DNA from: Eubacteriales bacterium
GTDB lineage: Bacteria > Bacillota > Clostridia > Oscillospirales > CAG-272
NCBI GenBank assembly: GCA_045531485.1
Contig: JAZSEC010000061.1
Coordinates: 1 to 63,718, forward strand
Length of the DNA stretch: 63,718 nucleotides
Reading direction: 5' to 3'
Positions 18,768-26,312 of this stretch are shown here, one piece after another. Under the pieces are notes generated by a model. The model did no database searches. It was not told the DNA's origin and saw only the letters and a program-made list of their open reading frames with translations. The position numbers and the translations under genes are program-made. Every line of letters starts with the position of its first letter. Position 1 is the first letter of the stretch.

Positions 18768-19536
18768 AAGAAGAAATCTTGCTCCCGGTACTCTCGAGGC
18801 ACCTATTCCGCCTGCGATGGTCACCGTCGGTGATTTTGAGAACGCCAACGTGCTTACTGTAGCCTGGACCGGTATTCTCGCATCCCAGCCACCTAAGACC
18901 TACGTTTCCATTCGTCCCTGCCGCCACTCTCACGGAATATTGAAGGAGCAGGGCGAGTTCGTTATCAATCTCCCATCGGTAAGTCTTGCGAGAGCGGTGG
19001 ATTTCGTCGGAATCTACACCGGTGCCAAGATGGATAAGTTTGAAAAATGCAATCTGACAAAAGAAAAGAGCGAAAGGGTTGCTCCCCCCACCATCGCAGA
19101 ATGTCCCGTCGCCCTTGAATGTAGGGTATGCGACGTGATCTCTATGGGTACCCACGACGTGTTTATTGCCGATATTCTCGGCGTTTCCTGTCACGAGGAG
19201 CTGTTCGACGAGGAGGGCAAGCTTCACTTCGAGCGTGCCGATCTTCTGGCATATTCCCACGGCGAGTACTATTCTCTCGGCGAGATAGTGGGTCGCTTCG
19301 GCTTCTCAACCGATAAGCCCAAAAAGGAGATAAAAACCAAAAAGAGTGGGGACGTATCCGCAAAAAACGGACAAAAGGATAAGAAAACAGAGAAAAAATC
19401 CGAAAAAAAGGCAGAAAATACAGAGGCTGAAAAAAGGCCGTTTTACGAGAGTGCACCAAGGAGCAGATCGGCTAAGAAAAAGCCGACTGATAAAAACAAG
19501 GGTGCTCCTCACGGCAGAAGGAAGGCCAATAAATGA
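18757..19536 (+). CDS. Flavin reductase family protein with a lysine-rich C-terminal tail of about 75 aa
   Basis: Flavin_Reduct-type core (VTVGD...NVLTVAWTG...). Start at MKNKRRN with a GGAGAGG RBS, overlapping the SDR stop by 11 nt. The tail is KPKKEIKTKKSG...KKKPTDKNKGAPHGRRKANK. Confidence 0.75.
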   Translation: MKNKRRNLAPGTLEAPIPPAMVTVGDFENANVLTVAWTGILASQPPKTYVSIRPCRHSHGILKEQGEFVINLPSVSLARAVDFVGIYTGAKMDKFEKCNLTKEKSERVAPPTIAECPVALECRVCDVISMGTHDVFIADILGVSCHEELFDEEGKLHFERADLLAYSHGEYYSLGEIVGRFGFSTDKPKKEIKTKKSGDVSAKNGQKDKKTEKKSEKKAENTEAEKRPFYESAPRSRSAKKKPTDKNKGAPHGRRKANK

Positions 19537-19925
19537 AGGAAAACGTTGAAAGGATCAGAGAGCAGGTTCTGTCGCTGATCGCCTCGGAGTTTGAGAGCGA
19601 CGCCGCCTTCGAAAGAGAAATGGATCTGCCGCAGAAAACGGTGAACAACTGGCGTCGCGGACGCTCTTCCTCCTTTATGAAGCTGCTTCCAAGACTCTCG
19701 GAGCTTTTTGGCGTTACGGTGGGCGAGCTTATGGATCTGCCTATTCGTGACGATGTTCCCGAGCTGTCGGAGGATGAGGTGGAGCTGCTTCTTCTTTACA
19801 GAAGGACACACGGTCTGCCGAAGAAAATGCGTCTTGCACTTAAGGATACGCTGGAGTCTACCATAAATATGTATCTTGCCTCCCACGAGGGAAGATCGCG
19901 TGGCAGGACCAAGGCTGATAAATAA
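19533..19925 (+). CDS. XRE-type helix-turn-helix transcriptional regulator
   Basis: An HTH-like segment (MDLPQKTVNNWRRGRSSSF...LSELFGVTVGELM). ATGA start/stop overlap with the upstream gene. Confidence 0.6.
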   Translation: MKENVERIREQVLSLIASEFESDAAFEREMDLPQKTVNNWRRGRSSSFMKLLPRLSELFGVTVGELMDLPIRDDVPELSEDEVELLLLYRRTHGLPKKMRLALKDTLESTINMYLASHEGRSRGRTKADK

Positions 19926-19929
19926 TCAC

Positions 19930-19958
19930 TTGACAAAGATCAATTAGTATTGTATAAT
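19930..19958 (+). promoter_or_regulatory. Consensus sigma-A promoter of the B12 locus
   Basis: TTGACA (19930-19935), 17-nt spacer, TATAAT (19953-19958). Confidence 0.75.
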
Positions 19959-19968
19959 AAATCGTCCG

Positions 19969-20000
19969 ATAGATTTTCTATAGCTTATAGATTTTCTATA
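19969..20000 (+). promoter_or_regulatory. Two tandem copies of the palindrome ATAGA-TTT-TCTAT (operator candidate)
   Basis: ATAGATTTTCTAT at 19969-19981 and TATAGATTTTCTATA at 19986-20000. They lie between the -10 box and the riboswitch. Confidence 0.5.
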
Positions 20001-20002
20001 AT

Positions 20003-20243
20003 TCCTAGCAGGGAAAGTGCGGGGAAGCTCCGCCACAACAGCCATTGCCGTGATGATGCAAATTTGCTCTCAGTCGGAAGGCCTGCCGGACGATATAACT
20101 GCCTAAGACACCGGGCGGTTATCAATGCATATTCCTTGGGCAATAGGAGGAAGAATGGTCATATTTTCATGGCGTATAGGCTTTGCTTATAGGCTACGAT
20201 TTTGCCGCTCTCTTTCCGCCCGATTATGTCGGGCGGTTTTTTT
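20003..20243 (+). promoter_or_regulatory. Cobalamin riboswitch with terminator
   Basis: An AGGGAA...GCGGGGAAGCTCC...GCC core and a B12-box-like AGTCGGAAGGCCTGCC. The terminator is CCGCCCGA-TTAT-GTCGGGCGG plus T7 (20216-20243). The downstream genes are typical B12-regulated ones. Matched by eye, not by a covariance model. Confidence 0.75.
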
Positions 20244-20330
20244 ACCCACCGATGTGCTTTTTCTTAAAATTCTGTAAGATAAAGCCTTACAGAAAAATGT
20301 AACAAAACAAAGAAAAAGAGGTGAAAAACA

Positions 20331-20807
20331 ATGAAAAACAGAATTCTTTCGCTGATTTTGGTGCTTGTTATCAGCGTCCTTTCTCTCACCTGCTGCGACT
20401 CGCTTTGGGGCGAGGTTGGAGAAAAGGGAGATATCACCGTTGTGGTTGAGGCTACCGACGGCAGCTTCACGGTCTATAAGACCTATCTTGAGGAAGTGGA
20501 AAATAAGGATGAGGGTGCTAAGGGAATTATTGAGCATCTTCGTGACAGAGAGGAAAACCCCCTCTATCTTGAAATGGTGGACTCTACCTACGGAGCATAC
20601 GTTGGTGCTATCGGATCTATCAAGGAGAGCAGTGCCGATAAGATGTACGTCATAGTATATACATCGGTTGCCTCGGATAGCTATGAAGGGGCTCCCACCG
20701 TAATTTACGACGGTATGACGCTCTACCAGGCGGGACTCGGACTCAGCGGTATGAGTGTTGACGCCGGTACGGTAATTCTCTTCAGGCTTGAAAAATCTCC
20801 ATACTGA
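20331..20807 (+). CDS. DUF4430-type lipoprotein (transcobalamin-like, putative corrinoid-binding)
   Basis: Signal peptide with an LTCC lipobox. Size and sequence pattern fit DUF4430 proteins that commonly follow cobalamin riboswitches. Confidence 0.6.
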   Translation: MKNRILSLILVLVISVLSLTCCDSLWGEVGEKGDITVVVEATDGSFTVYKTYLEEVENKDEGAKGIIEHLRDREENPLYLEMVDSTYGAYVGAIGSIKESSADKMYVIVYTSVASDSYEGAPTVIYDGMTLYQAGLGLSGMSVDAGTVILFRLEKSPY

Positions 20808-20841
20808 TTCATAGTGAGCATAACAAAAGGGTAATTTGAAA

Positions 20842-21405
20842 ATGGAAATAAAAAAGGAAAAGGGAAAGCAAATATTTAATGCAAGAGCGGTCGCCCTGGT
20901 CGGTATTATGGCAGCAACCCTTGAGTGTGGAAAGCTTGTTCTTGCTGCCGTTCCCAACGTAGAGGTCGTAACGCTGCTTTGTGCCTTGTACGGCTACGTT
21001 TTTGGCGTTCTCGGAGTGATAGCGGCGGTAATATTCGTCTGCCTTGAGCCTCTTATCTGGGGTGTGGGCAGCTGGATAATAACCTATATAATTTATTGGC
21101 CTGCGGTGGCGGTTGTCTTTATGCTCCTCTCGAAAAAAGGTGTCAAGAGCAGGATCATTCTTACCGCCGTCGCACTTGGTATGACGGTGCTGTTCGGCGT
21201 GCTTTCCTCGGTTGTAGACTCTGCGTTTTATCTTGGAATAAACGAGAATTACTTTAAGAATCTGCTGATATATTACGCTCGCGGCTTGGTATTTTGCGTC
21301 GTGCAGATACTTACAAATGCCGCGGTGTTTCCGACTCTTTTCCTATTTCTTGTAAAAAAGCTTGAGCTTATTCGCCCGAGAATCGAGCGTAGATTACCGG
21401 AATAA
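20842..21405 (+). CDS. Small polytopic membrane protein, possible ECF-type substrate (S) component
   Basis: 187 aa with 5-6 TM helices. It is co-oriented 35 nt after the DUF4430 gene. The ATG at 20842 is preferred over the TTG at 20836. Confidence 0.4.
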   Translation: MEIKKEKGKQIFNARAVALVGIMAATLECGKLVLAAVPNVEVVTLLCALYGYVFGVLGVIAAVIFVCLEPLIWGVGSWIITYIIYWPAVAVVFMLLSKKGVKSRIILTAVALGMTVLFGVLSSVVDSAFYLGINENYFKNLLIYYARGLVFCVVQILTNAAVFPTLFLFLVKKLELIRPRIERRLPE

Positions 21406-21521
21406 TATTGAAAAAATGCAGGGATTTGTAAAGTAACATTTATATTTCTCTGCTTTTTCTTTTGAAAAATCGAGAACAGGGTGTATTGTTTAAATAGAAC
21501 ACAAATAATGTAAATTTTTTC

Positions 21522-21550
21522 TTGCATTGTATAAGGGTTAGTGATATAAT
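21522..21550 (+). promoter_or_regulatory. Sigma-A promoter of ktrBA
   Basis: TTGCAT (21522-21527), 17-nt spacer, TATAAT (21545-21550). Confidence 0.6.
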
Positions 21551-21580
21551 ATAATTAAAAAGAAAAGGGAGGTGTGTCCG

Positions 21581-22939
21581 TTGGCAAGAAAAAAAGCCCT
21601 CAGGCTATCTACAACTCATATTATTATGCTAAGCTTTCTTCTCGCCATACTTGTGGGAAGTCTGCTGCTTTCTCTTCCTATAAGCTCGGCTGACGGTGCA
21701 GGCGTAGCTTATATCGACGCACTTTTCACCGCGACCACGGCAACCTGCGTTACAGGTCTTGTTACATTGACCACCGCCACCGCCTGGAGTACCTTTGGCC
21801 AGGTCGTTATTCTTGTTCTTATACAGATCGGCGGACTTGGAATCGTGACTGTCATGTCGGGTCTTATGTTAATGATAAACCGTAGGATGGGCATTGGTGA
21901 CCGTCTGCTTATCCAGGACGCCTTTAATCTTAACACCCTTTCGGGTCTTGGCAGCTTTATTAAGAAGGTTTTGCTCGGCACACTGATAATTGAGGGTGTG
22001 GGTGCACTCCTTTATATGACGGTTCTGGTTCCCCAGTTTGGGGCTAAGGGTATATGGTTCTCGTTGTTTAACTCGGTGTCGGCGTTCTGTAACGCCGGCA
22101 TGGACGTTATCGGTGAGAACAGTCTTATCGACTATGCCACTAACCCCATTATGAACATCACCACCGAGCTGCTTATTATTCTCGGAGGCATCGGATATAT
22201 CGTCTGGTGGGACGTTATCAGAGTGATGGGTGACAAAAAAACTAACAGACGTCCCCTTAAATCTTTAACATTACACAGTAAAATTGCTCTGGTAACTACT
22301 TTGATAATCCTTCTTCTTGGCGGACTGCTTATTCTTATATTTGATTACAATAATCCGAAAACGCTTGGCGGTCTTTCCTTCTTCGATAAGCTTCAGCTAG
22401 CTTTCTTCCAGTCGGTTACCACGCGTACGGCAGGATTTGCAAGCATACCTCAGCAGGATCTTACCAATCCGTCTGCCATAGTCAGCCTGCTGTTGATGTT
22501 CGTCGGCGGCTCGCCCGTCGGTACTGCGGGAGGAATAAAGACGGTTACCCTGGCGGTGCTGATCTCCTCTGCCTACTCTACCGTAATCGGCAAAAACGAC
22601 GTTACGCTGTTTGATCGCAGGGTGTCAAAGCAGGCCGTTGGCAAGGCCTCGGCGGTATGCACCACCTCCTTCTGTATTTTGTTTATCTCTACGCTTTGTC
22701 TGTCCTTTGTCTGCGACGCACCCTTCCTTGACGTGCTGTATGAAACGGCAAGTGCAACCGCAACAGTTGGACTTTCAAGGGGAATTACAACGAGCCTTAA
22801 CGTAATGGGCAAAATAATCATAATCGCGACTATGTATCTCGGTCGTGTAGGCCCGATATCGCTTGCCATCGCACTTAACGGCGGCAGGAAAAAGCAGAAT
22901 ATAATCACCGATCCCATCGAGGATATCAGCGTCGGCTGA
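21581..22939 (+). CDS. ktrB: TrkH/KtrB family potassium uptake membrane subunit
   Basis: Repeated pore-loop segments (TGL, GGLG, TAGF, TVGLS). Start set at TTG 21581, 8 nt after GGGAGG, because the track GTG at 21572 overlaps the RBS. Confidence 0.85.
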   Translation: MARKKALRLSTTHIIMLSFLLAILVGSLLLSLPISSADGAGVAYIDALFTATTATCVTGLVTLTTATAWSTFGQVVILVLIQIGGLGIVTVMSGLMLMINRRMGIGDRLLIQDAFNLNTLSGLGSFIKKVLLGTLIIEGVGALLYMTVLVPQFGAKGIWFSLFNSVSAFCNAGMDVIGENSLIDYATNPIMNITTELLIILGGIGYIVWWDVIRVMGDKKTNRRPLKSLTLHSKIALVTTLIILLLGGLLILIFDYNNPKTLGGLSFFDKLQLAFFQSVTTRTAGFASIPQQDLTNPSAIVSLLLMFVGGSPVGTAGGIKTVTLAVLISSAYSTVIGKNDVTLFDRRVSKQAVGKASAVCTTSFCILFISTLCLSFVCDAPFLDVLYETASATATVGLSRGITTSLNVMGKIIIIATMYLGRVGPISLAIALNGGRKKQNIITDPIEDISVG

Positions 22940-22955
22940 TAGAAAGGAATATCTA

Positions 22956-23624
22956 ATGAATAAGCCAACTAAAATGAGTATAAATAAGACCTATGCGGTA
23001 TTCGGTCTTGGAAGATACGGCACCGCCGTGGCAAAGGAGCTGGTTGCAAACGGCATCGAGCTTATTGCAATTGACAGCGACGAGGCAAGGGTAAACGCGG
23101 CTGCGGTGGATATTCCCGTCTGCAAATGTGCCGACGTTACCGACCCCGAGGTTATCCGTCGGCTTGGAATAGGCGGCATTGACGTGGTAATTATTGCTAT
23201 GGCAAGCAGTCTTGAGGCCTGCGTTATGGCGGTCACCCTTTGTAAGGAGGCAGGAGTTAAGACGGTTATCGCCAAGTGTGGCAGCGAAATGCATCAGAAG
23301 ATCCTTGAACGTGTTGGTGCGGATGTTGTGGTATTCCCCGAAAATGAAAGCGGAATTCGTCTTGCCAAGAACCTTTTAAGCTCGGGCTTTGCTGATATGA
23401 TCACGCTGTCCAAGGACTTCTCTATGATAGAGCTGGGCGTCAGACCCGAATGGGTGGGCAAGAGTCTGCTTGAGCTTCATCTGCGTAAAAAATACAACAT
23501 AAACGTGGTTGCCATCAAGCGTGGCGATGCTCTTACTGTTAATATAAATCCCGAGGAAAAGCTTTCCCAGGATGCGTCGCTTATCGTTATCGCTAATCCC
23601 GAAAAGCTTGCAAGATTAAAGTAA
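22956..23624 (+). CDS. ktrA: TrkA/KtrA family potassium uptake regulatory (RCK) subunit
   Basis: GLGRYG Rossmann motif. 222 aa with RCK-N plus RCK-C. It starts 16 nt after ktrB. Confidence 0.85.
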   Translation: MNKPTKMSINKTYAVFGLGRYGTAVAKELVANGIELIAIDSDEARVNAAAVDIPVCKCADVTDPEVIRRLGIGGIDVVIIAMASSLEACVMAVTLCKEAGVKTVIAKCGSEMHQKILERVGADVVVFPENESGIRLAKNLLSSGFADMITLSKDFSMIELGVRPEWVGKSLLELHLRKKYNINVVAIKRGDALTVNINPEEKLSQDASLIVIANPEKLARLK

Positions 23625-23730
23625 AATTTACAAATAAACAGCAGTTTTTAAACTTATTTTTATCGGTTCGGGAGTAAAATATAGTCAGCGGACTTGAATT
23701 TACAGGTCGCATACGAGAGGAGCGTTATCT

Positions 23731-25188
23731 ATGGCAAAGATACTGATAATCGGTGGCGGAGTAGCAGGACTTTCGGCAGGAATTTATGCCAGAATGTCGG
23801 GACATGAGGCAACCGTATGCGAAAAACACATACTTCCTGGTGGAAATCTCACCGGATGGAGCAGGGGAGAATATCATATAGATAACTGTATCCATTGGCT
23901 GACGGGAACTAACGAAAACTCCTCGCTTTATAAGATGTGGTGCGATCTCGGTATGCTGGGAGAGGGTGTCGGTATTATTCAGGGTGGCAGCCTTTTCTCC
24001 TGCGAGAGAGATGGCGTTCGCGTGTCGCTTCCTCCGTCGCTCAGATGGCTGTATAAGGAGATGATAACCGCCTCGCCGGAGGATCGCCGAGAGATAGAAC
24101 GCTTCTGTCACGCCATAGATTTTCTTATGGCTGCGGATAATATCGCGGGCGAAAAATGCAACGAGGGAATTACCGTAGGCAGACTGCTAAACGGTATCGG
24201 TCCGCTTGTAAAATATCTTGGACTTACCACCGGCGGTCTTGCGAAAAGGTTTAAAAGCCCTGCACTTCAGTGTTTTATAACCGGCTTCTGGGGTGATGAT
24301 TTTTCCGCCCTGGCACTTCTTTACGTGTATGCAACCTATTGCGGTGGCAACGGTGCCTTGCCTCAGGGTGGCTCGCTGAAGGCGGCAGAGCGAATTGCCG
24401 AAAAGTTTAAAGCATTGGGCGGCACTCTTCACCTGAAGCGTGAGGCAGTCAAGGTGAATATTGAGGGTGACAGAGCAGTGTCGGTCAGCTTCTCCGACGG
24501 AAGCGTGGAGGAGGCGGATTATATTGTTCTTACAACCGATCCTGCCGCAACCTTTGGTAGCCTTTTGGATAGACCTATGCCAAAAAAGCTGAAAAAGCAG
24601 TATGAAGATCCGAAAATGCGACCCTTCTCGGCATATCATACGGCATTTGCCTGCGACAGTGCGGAGTTACCCTTTGAGGGAGATCTTATTTTCGACGTTC
24701 CCGAGGAGTACGTGGGCGAGCTTGGTACAAGGCAGCTTATCGTTCGTGAGTTTTCGCACGAGCCCTCCTATGCTCCCAGCGGAAAGAATATTCTTCAGAC
24801 GCTTACCTTCTGCTTTGACGAGGGCTGTGTCGATTTTATTCGCCTTCGCCGTGAGGATATGGTAGGCTACAAGGCGAAAAAGGAGAGGCTCGCGACAATA
24901 ATTCAGCAGCTTATCGAGGAGCATTGTCCCTCCCTTAGCGGCAAGCTTTCGCTTATCGACGTCTGGACTCCGGCAAGCTATCAGAGGTTCGTAGGCTCTA
25001 AGGTAGGCTCGTTTATGAGCTTTGCAATTCCCGGGGGTCATCTGCCTCTGCCCATTGACGGATCGGTGGACGGCATATCAAATCTGTTTCTCGCTACCCA
25101 GTGGCTTCAGTCACCCGGCGGACTTCCAATCGCCGCTGAGCAGGGTAAAAATGCCATAAAGAAAATAGATAAGCTTGAGAAAAAATGA
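23731..25188 (+). CDS. NAD(P)/FAD-dependent oxidoreductase, CrtI-like (second paralogue)
   Basis: MAKILIIGGGVAGLSAG dinucleotide-binding motif. 485 aa. Confidence 0.75.
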   Translation: MAKILIIGGGVAGLSAGIYARMSGHEATVCEKHILPGGNLTGWSRGEYHIDNCIHWLTGTNENSSLYKMWCDLGMLGEGVGIIQGGSLFSCERDGVRVSLPPSLRWLYKEMITASPEDRREIERFCHAIDFLMAADNIAGEKCNEGITVGRLLNGIGPLVKYLGLTTGGLAKRFKSPALQCFITGFWGDDFSALALLYVYATYCGGNGALPQGGSLKAAERIAEKFKALGGTLHLKREAVKVNIEGDRAVSVSFSDGSVEEADYIVLTTDPAATFGSLLDRPMPKKLKKQYEDPKMRPFSAYHTAFACDSAELPFEGDLIFDVPEEYVGELGTRQLIVREFSHEPSYAPSGKNILQTLTFCFDEGCVDFIRLRREDMVGYKAKKERLATIIQQLIEEHCPSLSGKLSLIDVWTPASYQRFVGSKVGSFMSFAIPGGHLPLPIDGSVDGISNLFLATQWLQSPGGLPIAAEQGKNAIKKIDKLEKK

Positions 25189-25204
25189 TCTGTAATTTTT
25201 AAAA

Positions 25205-25252
25205 AATAAAAACGGCTATCCTTGGTAAAATCACCTTGGATAGCCGTTTTTG
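25205..25252. terminator. Bidirectional intrinsic terminator
   Basis: ACGGCTATCC...GGATAGCCGT hairpin flanked by an A-run and a T-run, between convergent genes. Confidence 0.8.
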
Positions 25253-25275
25253 ACTAGTTTTATTTACAAAAATGC

Positions 25276-25965
25276 TTAATGAGAGTGGGATGCGTGAACA
25301 GAAACACTTACAATTCTGGGTGCGGTCGCTTCCTTGATGGTACCGTCGGAATTAACCTCGATCTTCTTAAGCATATTGTCAATGACGCTCATATCGGAAA
25401 CCATGCCGAATACTGCGTACTTGCTTGCAAGAGAGGGCTTATTCTTGGTTAAGATCATAAACTGACCGTAGCCCGAATCAAAGGACTCGCCTCTGTTAAG
25501 GAGGATATATCCACGCTTTGCAGGGGACTGATTATTAATTCCGTTCTGCTTAAACTCACCCTTGATGCCCTTGTCACCGCCATCGGCACTGAAGGCACCT
25601 ACGGTAAGCATGCCGTTTGCAAAGGTGCGTACGCTCATGCCCTCAAAGTAGCCGTCCTCGCATAGCTCGATAAAGTGCTCAACGGTTTCGGGTGCATCCT
25701 TGCCGAACAGCTCTATGTGTACCTGGCTGCCGTCGCTGAAGGTGAAGGCGGCGTCATAGGTGGTTTCGGGAACGTAATCGAATACGCCGACTGCGAAAAG
25801 AATTCCGAACACGACTGCCACGAATGCCAGAACTGCACCGACTACGATAGCAACCAGCTTTGCGGTCTTGGCGTTCTTTTCCTTACGCTTCTGCTCGGCC
25901 TTCTGCTGCTCGCTGGCACGTCTTTTCTCGGTGTTGTAGTTTGCATTTTTCTTTTGCTTTGCCAT
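25276..25965 (-). CDS. Cyclophilin-type peptidyl-prolyl isomerase with N-terminal membrane anchor
   Basis: Cyclophilin core (FGKDAPETVEHF...GYGQFMI...AVFGMV) behind a basic N-terminus and one TM helix. Start moved to MAKQKK (25965), which has a GGAGA RBS. Confidence 0.85.
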   Translation of the reverse strand: MAKQKKNANYNTEKRRASEQQKAEQKRKEKNAKTAKLVAIVVGAVLAFVAVVFGILFAVGVFDYVPETTYDAAFTFSDGSQVHIELFGKDAPETVEHFIELCEDGYFEGMSVRTFANGMLTVGAFSADGGDKGIKGEFKQNGINNQSPAKRGYILLNRGESFDSGYGQFMILTKNKPSLASKYAVFGMVSDMSVIDNMLKKIEVNSDGTIKEATAPRIVSVSVHASHSH

Positions 25966-26185
25966 TTTTTTATCTCCGTTTAATTTATAGTTGTGCTTTA
26001 ATGATTTTTCACAAAATATTATATCAGCAATTAGACCCCTTGTCAATAGATAGGAATGTTAAAAAAATAGTAATTTTTTAAGAATTATCTTAAATAATTT
26101 GATATTTTCGCTACTGCTTTGGTATTTTTTTGAGATGATTTCTTGGGCAGTAAAGGCTTTTTTCTTTGTCACGTAAATATTTATA

Positions 26186-26214
26186 TTGACTTTAGAGCAT
26201 AAAAATGTTATAAT
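26186..26214 (+). promoter_or_regulatory. Sigma-A promoter of the pectate lyase gene
   Basis: TTGACT (26186-26191), 17-nt spacer, TATAAT (26209-26214). Confidence 0.6.
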
Positions 26215-26312
26215 TAAAATGAAAAAGGATGCGAATGCTTTCGGTTTTTGAAGAAATAAAGGCATTTTGCATTATGTCAAAAAATCATTAAGCATTAACG
26301 AAAGGTAAAGCT

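Noticed and set aside
19950-20192. 80-aa ORF downstream of the HTH gene
   Set aside because: It lies entirely within the promoter, palindromes and cobalamin riboswitch.
21406-21580. c-di-AMP (ydaO/kimA-type) riboswitch upstream of ktrBA
   Set aside because: The predicted leader is only about 25 nt from the -10 at 21545-21550 to the RBS, and the upstream AT-rich DNA lacks the ACGGGGA/CCCGA-type conserved blocks.
26059-26265. 68-aa minus-strand ORF in the AT-rich spacer before the pectate lyase gene
   Set aside because: It is Lys/Phe/Ile-rich as expected from AT-rich DNA, and it overlaps the consensus promoter at 26186-26214.
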